Positions 51,393 through 63,480 of a stretch of 64,000 nucleotides of DNA are shown here, piece by piece. Made by a program: the position numbers and the translations under genes. The number at the start of each line of letters is the position of its first letter. Position 1 is the stretch's first letter. The notes beneath the pieces were generated by a model that saw only the letters and a list, made by a program, of their open reading frames with translations, was not told the origin of the DNA and ran no database searches. This DNA comes from Hormiphora californensis (taxonomy: Eukaryota; Animalia; Ctenophora): positions 8,060,001 through 8,124,000 of the forward strand of contig CM035356.1 of the NCBI GenBank assembly GCA_020137815.1. Reading direction: 5' to 3'.

Positions 51393-54300
51393 TCAATCCA
51401 CCTCTTCATCATCTGCTAACATGTCTTGGTTTGTTGTCTGGTAGTATGTAGAGAGGAAGTCAGTGTTCAGGGGCATCAACTGTTCCTCGGTTACAGCCAT
51501 TGTTACACCTGATCAATTAGGGGATACTAGTTAATTAATTGGGCAATTAATTAAAGCCTCTTTCTACCATCTCGGCGTCAGTTTGCAACGAATATTTCGA
51601 ACAAGAACTTTCCTTGTGTTTTAGTACACATTTCTTATAACCATTCAGTTTCAGACGACTTTTTTTGGTGAACATTTCCAATTTAGGACACAATTTGTCT
51701 TGCCAAGCTAGACTGCCTTTACAAATGTAAAGGGAGGGTTAGAAAATAACAAAATTTGTCATTGTGTGTCCTAATCGATTAGGGCACAATTTGTGTCCTA
51801 AATTCGAAAATGTTGGGGGGGGGGGGGGGGGGCGTCACCTTTTATTTTGCCCATATTTGCCCATATTTGCCCATATGGGCAAAAGTGAATTTTCAAAAAT
51901 CGTGGGACTTTGTAATACATGTGATTAGGGTAAGGACCAGGAATTTTGGGGGGGCAAGCTAATTCCTTCACTAATAGTTAGTCTAAAGGGTCCTTATGGG
52001 GGGGGGGGGGGCCAAGGCCAAAAAAAGCCAGATCAATCCCGGATTTTAGGGCGGGTTTGGCTTTTTTTGGCTTTTTTTGGCCCTACTTTTTTGGTCATTT
52101 TGGCATGTAATTCTGACATTATATGGTCTGTATGGCACTAAAAACACTTTAAAATGGCTTCTTTGATCTAGTTTTATCATTTTACATCGATAGTGAAATA
52201 ATATTTTTACCGAAAAAAGTTTGATTTAAAAAAAGCCAGATCAAAAAAAGCCATATCAAAAAAAGCCAAAAAAAGCCAGATCAAAAAAAGCCAAAAAAAG
52301 CCAGATCAAAAAAAGCCAGATCAAAACTGCCAAATCAAAAAAAGCCAGATCAAAAAAAGCCAAAAAAGGCCAAAAAAAGCCAGATCAAAAAAAGCCAGAT
52401 CAAAAAAAGCCAAAAAAAGCCAGATCAAAAAAGCCAGTTCAAAAAAAGCCAAAAAAAGCCAGATCAAAAAAAGCCAGAAAAAGCCAGATCAAAAAAAGCC
52501 AGATCAGACCCGGATTTCAGGGCGGGTTTGGCTTTTTTTGGCCTTGGCCCCCCCCCCCTTATTCACCAAAAAAAAGTTTTAAATCTGAAGTGGTGGGGAA
52601 GACCTCTATAATTGGCCTTAATTGGCGGTAATTGGGTATTCCCCTAACTTGGCTTAGAAATGGAGTAGAGACAAAAGTAAGGACACTAAAATGTGTAGAA
52701 TCATCACATTATAGGGGGTAGAGACCATTACTGAGTCGATATCTCCAATACTAATTGATATAATTGAGTTAATTGGATAATTCATGCCGCGCATGGTTGC
52801 CAAATACAAATCGTCTTAGAATAGGAGTAGAAATGAAAATAGGGACACTAAACTGTGCAGCGTCCTCGCATTAGTGGGGGTAGACACCCATGAAAAGTTC
52901 CTATCTCAATTTGTTAATTGGATAATTGGATAATTAGATATGTGCATAGCCGTATTAGCCTATTAGATACTCAGCAGACCATATATACGATACACCCCTA
53001 GTACCCTCTTAAACACCCCTCAGACCCTGCTAGATACCTATTAAACTCCATTAGATGCCCCTCGAAGCTTCCTAGATAGCCCTTACAGCTCATTGGGTAA
53101 CCCTTCTACCGTCCTATACACCCCTCAGACCCTGCTAGATGCATTTTAGATCTTCCTAGATACCCCTAAAACTCTCCATGATACACATTAGACTGTACTA
53201 GATACCCCTTAGACCCCGTTAGATACCCCTAAAATCCTTCTAGATACCCCTCAGATCTTCATAGATACCCCTAGTACCTTCCTGGGCACTCCTCAGATCT
53301 CAGACCATATAAGATACCAATCAAACATCATTAGATACCCCTCACAGCTCCCTAGATACCTTCACAGCTCCTTAGATAGCCATTTTACCCCTCTAGATAC
53401 CCATCAGACCCTGCTAGATACATATCAGATCTTGCTAGATACCCCTGAACTCCCAAAGATACCCCCAGAAATCAGAATCTGCTAGATTCATACCCCCTTA
53501 GACCCCATTAGATATCTGTCAGACCATTCTAGATACCCCTCCAGCTCCTTAGATAAGCCTATTACCATCCAAGACACCCCTCAGACCCTGGGCTTCTTAG
53601 ATACCCATTACACCCTATTAAATACCCTTCAAGCAAGAGCTTCCTAGATACCCTAATAGACTCCCAGATACCCCTGGGCCCTGAAACCCTCCATTAGATA
53701 GCGCTCTGAGGAGTGAAGGGTGTCTAGGAAGCTCTGAGGGGTATCTAGAAGGATCTGAGGGGTATCTGATGGTGTAGGGTTAAGGGTGTATACTATACAC
53801 TGTATAGTAGAGTCGGATACCTGTAGGCTGTAAGACCCTTCAAGATACCCTTCAGAGCTTCATACCTGACCCTGGGCCTACTAGATACCCATCATACCCT
53901 ATTAGATGCCCCTCAAGCCTCAATGCAAAGCTTTATATACATACCCCTCACAGCTCCTATTAATCCTATTAGCCTCCTAAACACCCCTCAGACTTTGATC
54001 TACCGAACCCTCCCAAGGGGTGTGAGCCACACAACGCAGACCCTACTAGATACCCCTAAAACCCTCCAAGATACCTGTCCGACTCTACTATATACCCCTT
54101 AGACACTATCAGATACCCCTCAGATCCTTCTAGATACCCCTCAGAGCTTCTTAGACACCCCTCAGACCTCAGAGCACTATCTAATGGAGGGTTTCAGGGG
54201 TATTGGGGTATCTAGGAGTCTATTAGGGCGTCTAAAAAGCTGTGAGGGGTATCTAGGAAGCTCTTGAGGGGTGTAATGGGTATCTAACAAGCCCATGGTC

Positions 54301-56372
54301 TGAGGGGTATCTAGGAGGGTAACAGGCTTATCTAAGGAGCTGGAGGGGTATCTAGAAGGGTCTGACAGATATCGAATGAGGTCTAAGGGGGTTTCTAGTA
54401 GCTACTGGGGGTATCTTTTGGGGGTTCAGGGGTACCTAGCAAGATCTGATATGGTTCTAGCAGGGTCAGATGGGTATCTAGAGGGGTAAAATGGCTATCT
54501 AAGGAGCTGTGAAGGTATCCATGAAGATCTGAGGGGTATCTAGAAGGGTTTTAGGGGTATCTAACGGGATCTAAGGGGTATCTAGTACAGTCTAATGTGT
54601 ATCATGGAGAGTTTCAGGGGTATCTAGGAAGATCTAAAATGCATCTAGCAGGGTCTGAGGGGTGTATAGGACGGTAGAAGGGTTACCCAATGAGCTGTAA
54701 GGGCTATCTAGGAAGCTTCGAGGGGCATCTAATAGAGTGTAATAGGTATCTAGCAGGGTCTGAGGGGTGTTTAAGAGGGTACTAGGGGTATGTAGGAGGC
54801 TCTTAGAATCTCAGTGTATCGTATATATAATGGTCTGCTGAGTATCTAATAGGCTAATACGGCTATGCGCATATCTAATTATCCAATTATCCAATTAACC
54901 AATTGAGATAGGAACTTTTCATGGGTGTCTACCCCCACTAATGCGAGGACGCTGCACAGTTTAGTGTCCCTATTTTCATTTCTACTCCTATTCTAAGACG
55001 ATTTGTATTTGGCAACCATGCGCGGCATGAATTATCCAATTAACTCAATTATATCAATTAGTATTGGAGATATCGACTCAGTAATGGTCTCTACCCCCTA
55101 TAATGTGATGATTCTACACATTTTAGTGTCCTTACTTTTGTCTCTACTCCATTTCTAAGCCAAGTTAGGGGAATACCCAATTACCGCCAATTAAGGCCAA
55201 TTATAGAGGTCTTCCCCACCACTTCAGATTTAAAACTTTTTTTTGGTGAATAAGGACCCTTTAGACTAACTATTAGTGAAGGAATTAGCTTGCCCCCCCA
55301 AAATTCCTGGTTGGCCCGATTATTTACCCAAATCACATGTATTATTGGGCTAAATGGGCAAAAATGGGCAAAAAAATAACTCCTGTACCTTACATCATAG
55401 ATAGGTTTATAGCCACTATAATCGAAGCAGAATTTCACGCTGAGGAAGATGCTTGTATTTATTTTGTTCTAGGACGTTTCTAAAACCCATTAAAGCCAAA
55501 AAACCTAAAAAACCTAAAAAATCCTAAATTTAGGATTTGACCACTAAAAACAATTTGACTACTAATTAGACACCTAAGACCATTCTGACCGAGTTTTTAA
55601 GAGATGACATCAAGGTATAGAGTTGAAAAAAGGACATATAACACTGAAATTTCATTTTGCCCATTTTTGCCCAATTTTGCCCATTTTGCCCATATGGGCA
55701 AAACCAAAATTCGCTGGGATTATGGGCAATGGGCAAAAAAAAGGTGACGCCCCCCCCCCAAAATGTTATAATCCTACCTGCGGGAATGTTTCGCTGCACG
55801 TAGGCCAGATACACATCAGCAGTTGTCCCAGAAATATCATTCAATATCAACTTCCTATTCCAGATATCTCGTTTAAACCGGTCCTTGTGCTTTCCATGAA
55901 CATGGGGTGACCGGTTAACTGTGTACACCCCCGTAACGAGTTTCCCATTTTGTAACTCTGTTTTGATCCTCAGGCAATGTGCTGCAAAGTTGGCGAACAC
56001 TAGGTAACTACGGAGGGTATTGTAACAGCTTCCCTTGACGCTGAGAACGAGTCTGCTGATACACCGCTCACCGTCACCTCCTGATATCTCAACCTAGAGG
56101 GGGGGGGGAGGAGGGGTAATGTCAGTAATTGAGGTTAACATGGGGTTAACGGGGTTAACAGCTGCAGAACAATACTATCACAAGGGGAATGTTTCCAACA
56201 ACTATGAAATGGAAAGTGTAGTAAAACTACTTACAGGGAGGGCAGCTTTCTCCAGACTTCCAGGGTCATCCAGAACGAACTGTTTGGGACTAAGGGTTTT
56301 CTTGTGGAGGATGTTTCGGTACGGGTTTATAGTGTCATACCTAGGAAGGGGAGTGTTACAATCTGGGACCTA

Positions 56373-56423
<51 letters not shown>

Positions 56424-56654
56424 GTAGAGAGAGGGAGAGAAACAAGTATCTCACCGCATATCTCCCCTGTCCTCTTCTGTTCTAAATTCAGCCCTTCTCA
56501 GTTTCCTCTTTCTACTGAGAGAAAGGACACCACCCTTCTCTGGATCAGAAATTAACTTCTTGGGTGCAACTTCAGAGGTGCCAACACGAGATGAGAGATG
56601 GCGGGTCAGTGGGGCGCTTTCCCGTGTACAGATCAGTCTCGTTAAGTTGAACAT
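51393..56654 (-). CDS. MRPS10: Mitoribosomal protein uS10m (4 exons; last intron about 4.3 kb)
   Basis: NRSPHVHGKHKDRF, ISGTTADVYLAYVQRNIPAG|VTMAVT; presequence-like start MFNLTRL. Confidence 0.85.
51815..55759. mobile_element. About 3.9-kb foldback element with poly-G/poly-C termini in the last MRPS10 intron
   Basis: aaaatgtt|Gn-cgtcacc...ggtgacg-Cn|aaaatgtt (8-bp TSD); kb-scale inverted arms with tagatacccc subrepeats. Confidence 0.85.
51997..52556. mobile_element. Nested poly-G-ended element with aaaaaagccagatc repeats
   Basis: ccttat|Gn-ccaaggcc...ggccttgg-Cn|ccttat; the empty site is visible in the opposite arm (about 55240-55265). Confidence 0.8.
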
Positions 56655-56862
56655 GTTAGCTAGAGCGGGTAATTAGTTAATTAGAGCTTTAATTACAATA
56701 ATTAATCAGTTAATTAGAGCCTTAATTGCACTAATTAATTAGGTTTAACTTCACCAAAGAAAAGAAATTGATAAAGGTATTATCTTTAACCCAAAGAAAA
56801 TCTCCATAAACAAATCTAGCCCACATATATTAAAAGCACACAACACGTACAACGTGTTTATA

Positions 56863-56971
56863 CAGTCAAACCTCGATTAACCGGACTATAACATTGATTT
56901 ACCGAACTCCTCAAGTGGAAAATGGAAATGATTTTGTACGGCATAGGTCCCGGTAAATCGAGGTCTGACTG
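56863..56971. mobile_element. Tigger/pogo-type MITE; degenerate relative at about 21401-21468
   Basis: ta|cagtcaaacctcgatt...aatcgaggtctgactg|ta. Confidence 0.85.
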
Positions 56972-57120
56972 TATTTCTAATACCAAGCTAGTAAAAAACA
57001 TACTATTTACAGATACAGTAACACACAAGTTTTGAAATTATTTCACCTCATGCGCTTTGGAATGGGGAGGTAATGAAATGAAAAAAAGAAAGAATAACCC
57101 CGGCCCGGCGTTGACGTCAT

Positions 57121-59447
57121 CTAGATGGTCTCTTGAGATGAGAAGCTGGGGTATTTTGAGGTGGCTTCAGACCATGCTAGCTGATCGGAACACAGTTGAT
57201 TTACCACACTGGCTACCTCGTCAAGGGGCACTCGGATCTGAAGAGAGGAGATTTAGTACACAGATGCAATGGGGTATTAGCGTTCACTGATCGTACACTT
57301 CAGGTGAAAGTAGTCAGAGATCTGGGCCACACAGCCACGGCTGGTCAGTGGTCACGTGATAAAATCAGATCTGAATGTGAATCTCACCTGGGTACACGTG
57401 TTTCTCTCTCTCACAGTGACGGAATTCAACTTGACTGTATCGAAATCAACTGTGATGCCGAAGGGGATTCCAATTTCATCAGTTCGAGCGTACCGTCTGC
57501 CGATAGCCCCAGAAGAGTCGTCAACCTGGAGTGGAGTGACGTTAATAATTTCGACGTGGCGGGGAAAAGTTAGACATCGTTGAATAAAGATTTGGTAAGG
57601 AAATTCTTTGTTATGTTCTAACCCTCCCTTTAAGTGAGAGGCTCGCGGAAGGCAGTCTAGCTTGACAAGGGAATTCTATATCTGGAGGAGATGGCTCTAC
57701 TTTGACAACATAGTGAGAGGTGTATGACGTCACAGATTAGTGACGTCACGTAATTACCTTATTAGGGATGCCCAGTTTCCTCAGACTGGCACTGATCTGC
57801 TCGATGTAAGGGGTAAACACGTCGTTAGAGGAGAGAGGCAGAACGGAGCACTTGGTGGGAGCGATTAGAGGGGGTAGGTCCAACCAAGTTCTCTTCTCGT
57901 CTGATTCTCGAACCTGTAGTGAGAGATTCATTGTTTTGAATGTCCAATAGAACACAAGGAAAGTTTATATCCTGGATATCTGAGTACACACAGTGAGATA
58001 TCGCAATTACATTTTAATTTATAAAAATCTTTTTAGTGGAGGGTCCAACCCCCCCGCAAAATGAACGTGATAGAAGAGGGGTGGTATAGAGGATGATATA
58101 ATTTGGCCCTAATTTTCTGGGTTCTTAAGCTTATCCAAAAGGCTTTTCATGATCTCTTTACTGTTTATTAGGCTTTACCTAGGCATAATTGATCTAACTT
58201 CATGACTTTGTAATATCATTTTCATTTAGAAATTTTCTAATGTATGATTAAAAAAAGGCCAGATCAAAAACAAAAGGCCATAGTAAAGAATTATAGTAAA
58301 GAATTCAGAATACACATGTACATACTACCAATTAGAACACAAGGAAAGTTCCTATCCTGGATATCTGAATACACACAGTGGTATTCAAAAAATAGCTTGA
58401 AATAATTCAAAATCTTTTTAGTGGAGGGTCCAACCCCCCGCACTTATATCAGGGTATCACTTGGTGAGGTATCAATCTTTTCATAATTACCTTGAAATTA
58501 CACTCCAAGATACAGTAGAGAATCCTACCAATGCCAAAGGAGGGCTCAATCACACTGGGGACAAACTCTCGGACGTGCTCTGTTTTAGTGACTGTCTTCA
58601 CACCACTAATCATGGCGGGAGTCACTTCGTAGGAGTTATCTCCAACTGTTAACTGAAAAGAAGAGAGATTTACATTTCATTTTGAGGTTAACGACACAAT
58701 GTTGATGTTTATCTGGCGTTTGTCAGTTAGAAAATGTAACACACATACCTGGTAAGACCCACTCTCCAACTGAGCCTTCATCTCCTCCTTCTGCTCATCA
58801 CTCAACTCAGCGATGGCTGCACTCACTTTACCAGCCTCCTTCTTGAACGCTTTACCAAGGATTGCCTTGTTCAGGCTAACCTCCGTAACCTCCCTAGAGA
58901 CGGGCTCATGCAAGGCGCTGCTGGGCTACAAACTTGGTAGATGCCGCCTGGGAGGGGGGCGTGTTAGCATATAGTAGGAGACATGAGAGGAACTGATACT
59001 AAACTGGTTGGGGCGTTTGTACCAAGAGATGAAAGGGGGGGGGGGGCATGAATTGTTAGACAGATGTTACAGTACTAAAAGGGAGGGGGGTATTGGCTCC
59101 ATGTTTCTGAACCACCCTGTATCTGGAGAAATATCCTACCTTTGCATGGGCGTTAAGATCAAAACAGCTCCTATCAGCACACCCCACTATCTCGACCCAT
59201 CCATAGGTAGTTAGACATTCAGCATCCCAGCAGTCACAGGCGTAATGTGCCATCTCGTTCCCCATGTGTTGCCTGAAGCGCAGTTTCTCGGCTGGTATCC
59301 CCACAGAGGTAAGATATTGTTGGATTCGTGCCAGGAAATAACCCATCGTCTCACTGTTTATCACTCCCTGGTGGATGGGGGTTAGAAATTGGGTTTGAAA
59401 GAGGGGGAATTGTGGATTATTATCATCATATTGCATTGTGTATTTTA

Positions 59448-59495
<48 letters not shown>

Positions 59496-61000
59496 AGAGA
59501 GAGAGATAAAGAGAGAGAAATATTAACCTGTTCAAGTGCCTCCCCGATGGTAATATTGAGGAGTTTACCCCCTGATACTTGTGCTTCTCCAGAGTACATG
59601 GTAACAGGGACGTTCTTGACCAGCTTAAACTTGGGGTGAGACTTGTCTTGGGGATCCAAAAAGTGCTCAATTTCAGCCTGGAAAAAGAGATGTTAGGGAA
59701 GAATAGAGATGTTACAAGATAGGACAACACGAGATATGACCAAATATGGTGTTATTATGTGACCAAATATGGTATCAACATACCTGGCAGAATTCTCGAA
59801 CTCGTAACAGCCCAGATCGGGGTGAAATCTCATTCCTGAATGACTGGCCAATCTGTGCCCCGGCAAAGGGTACCTTGTCCTGGTTATATTCTAGTAGTCG
59901 CTTGAAATTCACAAAGATACCCTGAAATTAAATCTCACGTTACCATGGTTACACCACGGGAGGGTGTGTCACTGACAGAATAAGAGCAGATGATGAAAAG
60001 TGGAAAAACAGTTGTGACTCACCCCTCCCCCAAATAAAATCAAAGACACCCAAGATTTTACCTGTGCAGTTTCGGGCCTCATGAATCCCCTCAACAGTCC
60101 AGTGGGTCCTATCTGTGTTCCAAACATAAGATTAAACTCAGCTGGATCGCTCAAATCATTCCCAGTAGCAGGTGCTTTACACTCATACTTTCTGATGAAC
60201 CCTCCAATCTCCTCCAGACCATAATTATCAATCTGCCTTAGCACCGCCTCCATCTCCTCCTTCTTCTCGACAGTACACCCCTTGGCCTCAATCGCCTTCT
60301 CTAGATGGGCCTCCAGCAAGTGATCCGCTCTGTAACACTCTCCCGTCTTGACATCCTTCACCATGAAGTCAGTGAACCTGTCAACATGGCCCGATGCTTT
60401 TAACACATATTCAGGTGTTAACATGGTACATTCCACCTCTAACATGTTCTCTTCCACTACAAAATGGTTCCTCCAGTAATTCACCATGTTGGCCTTCAGG
60501 GCACATCCAGCCGGCCCTAGATCGTATAACCCTGCTACTCCACCGTAGACGGAGAAGGCAGCACCGTAGAAAAACCGTCGCTTCATCAGGTTTTCAAACT
60601 TGGCCCGGTCCACTTTTGGAGATCCATCTTTTGCTGCTTTCTCAGCGGTGGCCAAGGCCGCTTTCCTGATCTTGAGTTCCTCAACAGCAGATGCAAGTTC
60701 ATCGGGAGAGGGATTGCTTTCTTTGAGCTTCCTAACTGCAGCGCCTTGGTCCGCAACCGCTGTCCTCAGGTCATCCATGGACACGGTACTACTGGGCATG
60801 CTAGGAGAGGTGGATATGAGTCTTGTGGTGGGAGGAAGGGTGGATATCAGTCTCGTACAGAGAGGAAGGGTGGATATCAGTCTTGGACAGGGAGGTTGGG
60901 AGAAGGAGCGAGGTATAGGAGGTTGGATAGAACGGGGTCTTGAACAGGAGATGGGAGAGAACCTTGATATGAGGCGTTTTGCTAGGAGGGTTGCTAGCAT
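57121..61000 (-). CDS. GARS1: Glycyl-tRNA synthetase, eukaryotic alpha2 type, with presequence and WHEP domain; about 9 exons, one apparent +1 indel near 58914
   Basis: [73 protein letters not shown]. Confidence 0.95.
57945..58443. repeat. About 110-bp imperfect direct repeat in a GARS intron
   Basis: tagaacacaaggaaag...gtggagggtccaacccccc at about 57948 and 58334. Confidence 0.75.
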
Positions 61001-61184
61001 ATAAGCATGCTAAAATAGGAAATCAAGGGGGTAAATTTTAATATATCCGGGAAATAACTTTGCAAATTGCAACGAAAATAAAATTAATTAGATAAACCAA
61101 TCATCCTCTCTGAACCATTTCACCCAAAACCACACTCACTCACCCACACACAGACAGACAAACACACTACCTATTCTTGACACG

Positions 61185-63291
61185 CTACATGGACGTCTCA
61201 ACCCGTTTAACTAAGTCCTTCAGAAGCGGCATCAGATCCGTCTCAGGTAGGTATTCACACTTGTTGAGATAGAGTGCTATACACAGAGTGTGTTTTACAT
61301 TGTCACTGTTAATCCACACCCGGCCATTGATACCAACACATATCTCGAACAGTTTGAAGTGTGCAAAAAGGGGCTCTAGGAGGGGCAGGGGCCGCTCGTG
61401 GCGGAGCAGCTTTCGACAGAGACCGAGTGAGCAGTTTACCAGGTAGCCTCCCTCTAGAACCTGAGAGAGAAGGGTCAAATACAAGCAAGGCTGGGGCACT
61501 ACCACTTTCAGGGAGAGAGAAGTAAAATAAGGAAATATTGAAACTTGAACGACGTTAATTTCTAACCAGGGAGCATTAGGTAAGTAATTAGGGATTATAA
61601 TAATAGGGGAACTGACCTGTAGTCCGTTAGATTTCCCGTTCTTGTGAACACAAGACAGCTCTGGCTCAACATCCTTATTAGCAGCTACAACTTTACCATA
61701 CACTAAATTACCAATCTAACAAAAAGGGACGTGTGTTAGAGAAGTTAACCCTAACAAAGCGCCAACAGGATATGTGTTAGATTGTTATGTTCTAAACCTC
61801 CTTCCGGAGCGCACGGAAAGAGGGTCGAGCAAGGGAAGTGTTAGAGGGGTACTGGGACAAAAGGGGGGGGGGACAAAAGCTGCAGGACAGGAAGCGAGAC
61901 AGTAAGAGCTGAAGAGTGTTTACCTTCAAGTCAGGTTTGTTTCGTTGTGTAGCCCCCTCAAACGCGATACTACTCATCATAGCATGGTGGGCTCCACCTA
62001 TATCCACCCTGTATTCGTCTGCCATTCGACCCGCTATGATTCCTATTACTCGTTCTTCAAGCGCGGGAACATACCTGGACGAGAGGGAGATTTAGAACGA
62101 GAGAGGGACGGAGAGAGAGAGAGAGAGATGGGGAGGGAGAGGAGGGGGGCCGGCTGAAGTTTTTGAAGTTTTTGAAGTGAACTTCAAAAACTTCAAAGAG
62201 AAACTTAGGGTGGAAAACTTCAAAAACTTCAAAAACTTCAAAAACTCATATCTCCTTAACCGTTGGAGATATGCCCTATGTTGCTTCATAACTCGTATAT
62301 AAAGTTGCATATTCCGAACAAGATACACCCCTTTAAAAAGCCTATAGTCACTCATAAACCATTAAAACTGGTCTAGCCCAAAAAAGTCATGCGCACACAC
62401 AAAATTATGAAAATATCCCATTATCCCTCGAATTAGATGAGGTGGAGACTTCATTTTGGCACGTACCCCCACTAACTCGAGGCCGCTGATGATTTTAGTG
62501 TCCATATTTTTTTCACTACTCCCTTCATAAAAAATTTGCATTTTGTGAAACTGGCAAAAAGGGTGTGGCCCCAAAAAAAATTTTGAAAATTTACTTTATA
62601 ATTTTTTTAACACTTTCTTAGCATTTTCTAGGCAATTTTTTGAGTTATAGAATGAAAATAAAATCAGTTTTTACAAAAAATTTAAACTTTTTACACCAAA
62701 TTGTGCCATGGATTTCACGGCTAGGAATCATTGTAAATATCCTAATTTGCGGTGGAAAAAGGGCAGACAAGGACGGATAACTTTGCCACACTATGTATTA
62801 AGCATGAAACTAACCTAAACAAGTGTAATAATAGTCACTGATAGCATATAAAAGTAGTTTAGAGTTTTTGAAGTTTTTGAAGTTTTTGAAGTCAACTTCA
62901 AAAACTTCAAAAACTCAAAAAGTAGGGTGGAAAACTTCAAACTTCAAAAACTTCAGCCGGCCCCCCCCCCCGAGGGAGAGAGAGAGACGAGTTTAGATGG
63001 TACTGGTAAGTTTGGGATAGATCAACATGTGATAACCCTAAAATGTACCAGACTGTACAATAGTAGGGGATGAAATGGGTTATGAAATGTTCACACATAC
63101 CTCCTACTGTTTCTGTCAATCCAAACTGATTTCCCAGTTGACCTAATAACACCAGGTTTTGTACAACTAATCTGATCGTTGATGTATCTCAATCCTGGAC
63201 CCACTTTCAGGTTCTTATCTTTGGGGAGAGAGAAAGTGTCTCCACACATGACAATAGCAGGGGAGGGCGGTAGAGACCTCCCCGTCTCCAT
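61185..63291 (-). CDS. EXOSC3: Exosome component Rrp40 (4 exons)
   Basis: VGPGL, WID.NSRR|YVP, YRVDIGG, AFEGATQRNKP, EPELSC, GINGRVW. Confidence 0.92.
62141..62971. mobile_element. Poly-G/C-ended TIR element with tttttgaag subterminal repeats in EXOSC3 intron 1
   Basis: gagggaga|g(g)aggggggccggctgaag...cttcagccggCn|gagggaga. Confidence 0.8.
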
Positions 63292-63384
63292 ATCTTGATA
63301 ACTTGGCTAGAAGGGGAAGGTGAGAGGTCAGGTATCTGGATATAACAGATCACATATCTGAGGCGGGGGAGACAGCTCTAAGAA

Positions 63385-63480
63385 GAGGGCGCGCGGCGCG
63401 AAACACTACCGAAAAAGTGTTTACTCGCTTTAAGTTTAAAGTTCCTACACAGTGCGAATATTCGCGCGTGCGCACCAGTC
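63385..63480. promoter_or_regulatory. CGCG-motif promoter upstream of EXOSC3 (head of the putative operon)
   Basis: gcgcgcggcgcgaaa at about 63389 and ttcgcgcgtgcgc at about 63461. Confidence 0.5.

Noticed and set aside
58905-58920. +1 frameshift in GARS (QQR/LHEP) as programmed frameshift or pseudogene
   Set aside because: Essential gene, otherwise intact, with no slippery motif; a residual assembly indel is more likely. Raw reads would settle it.
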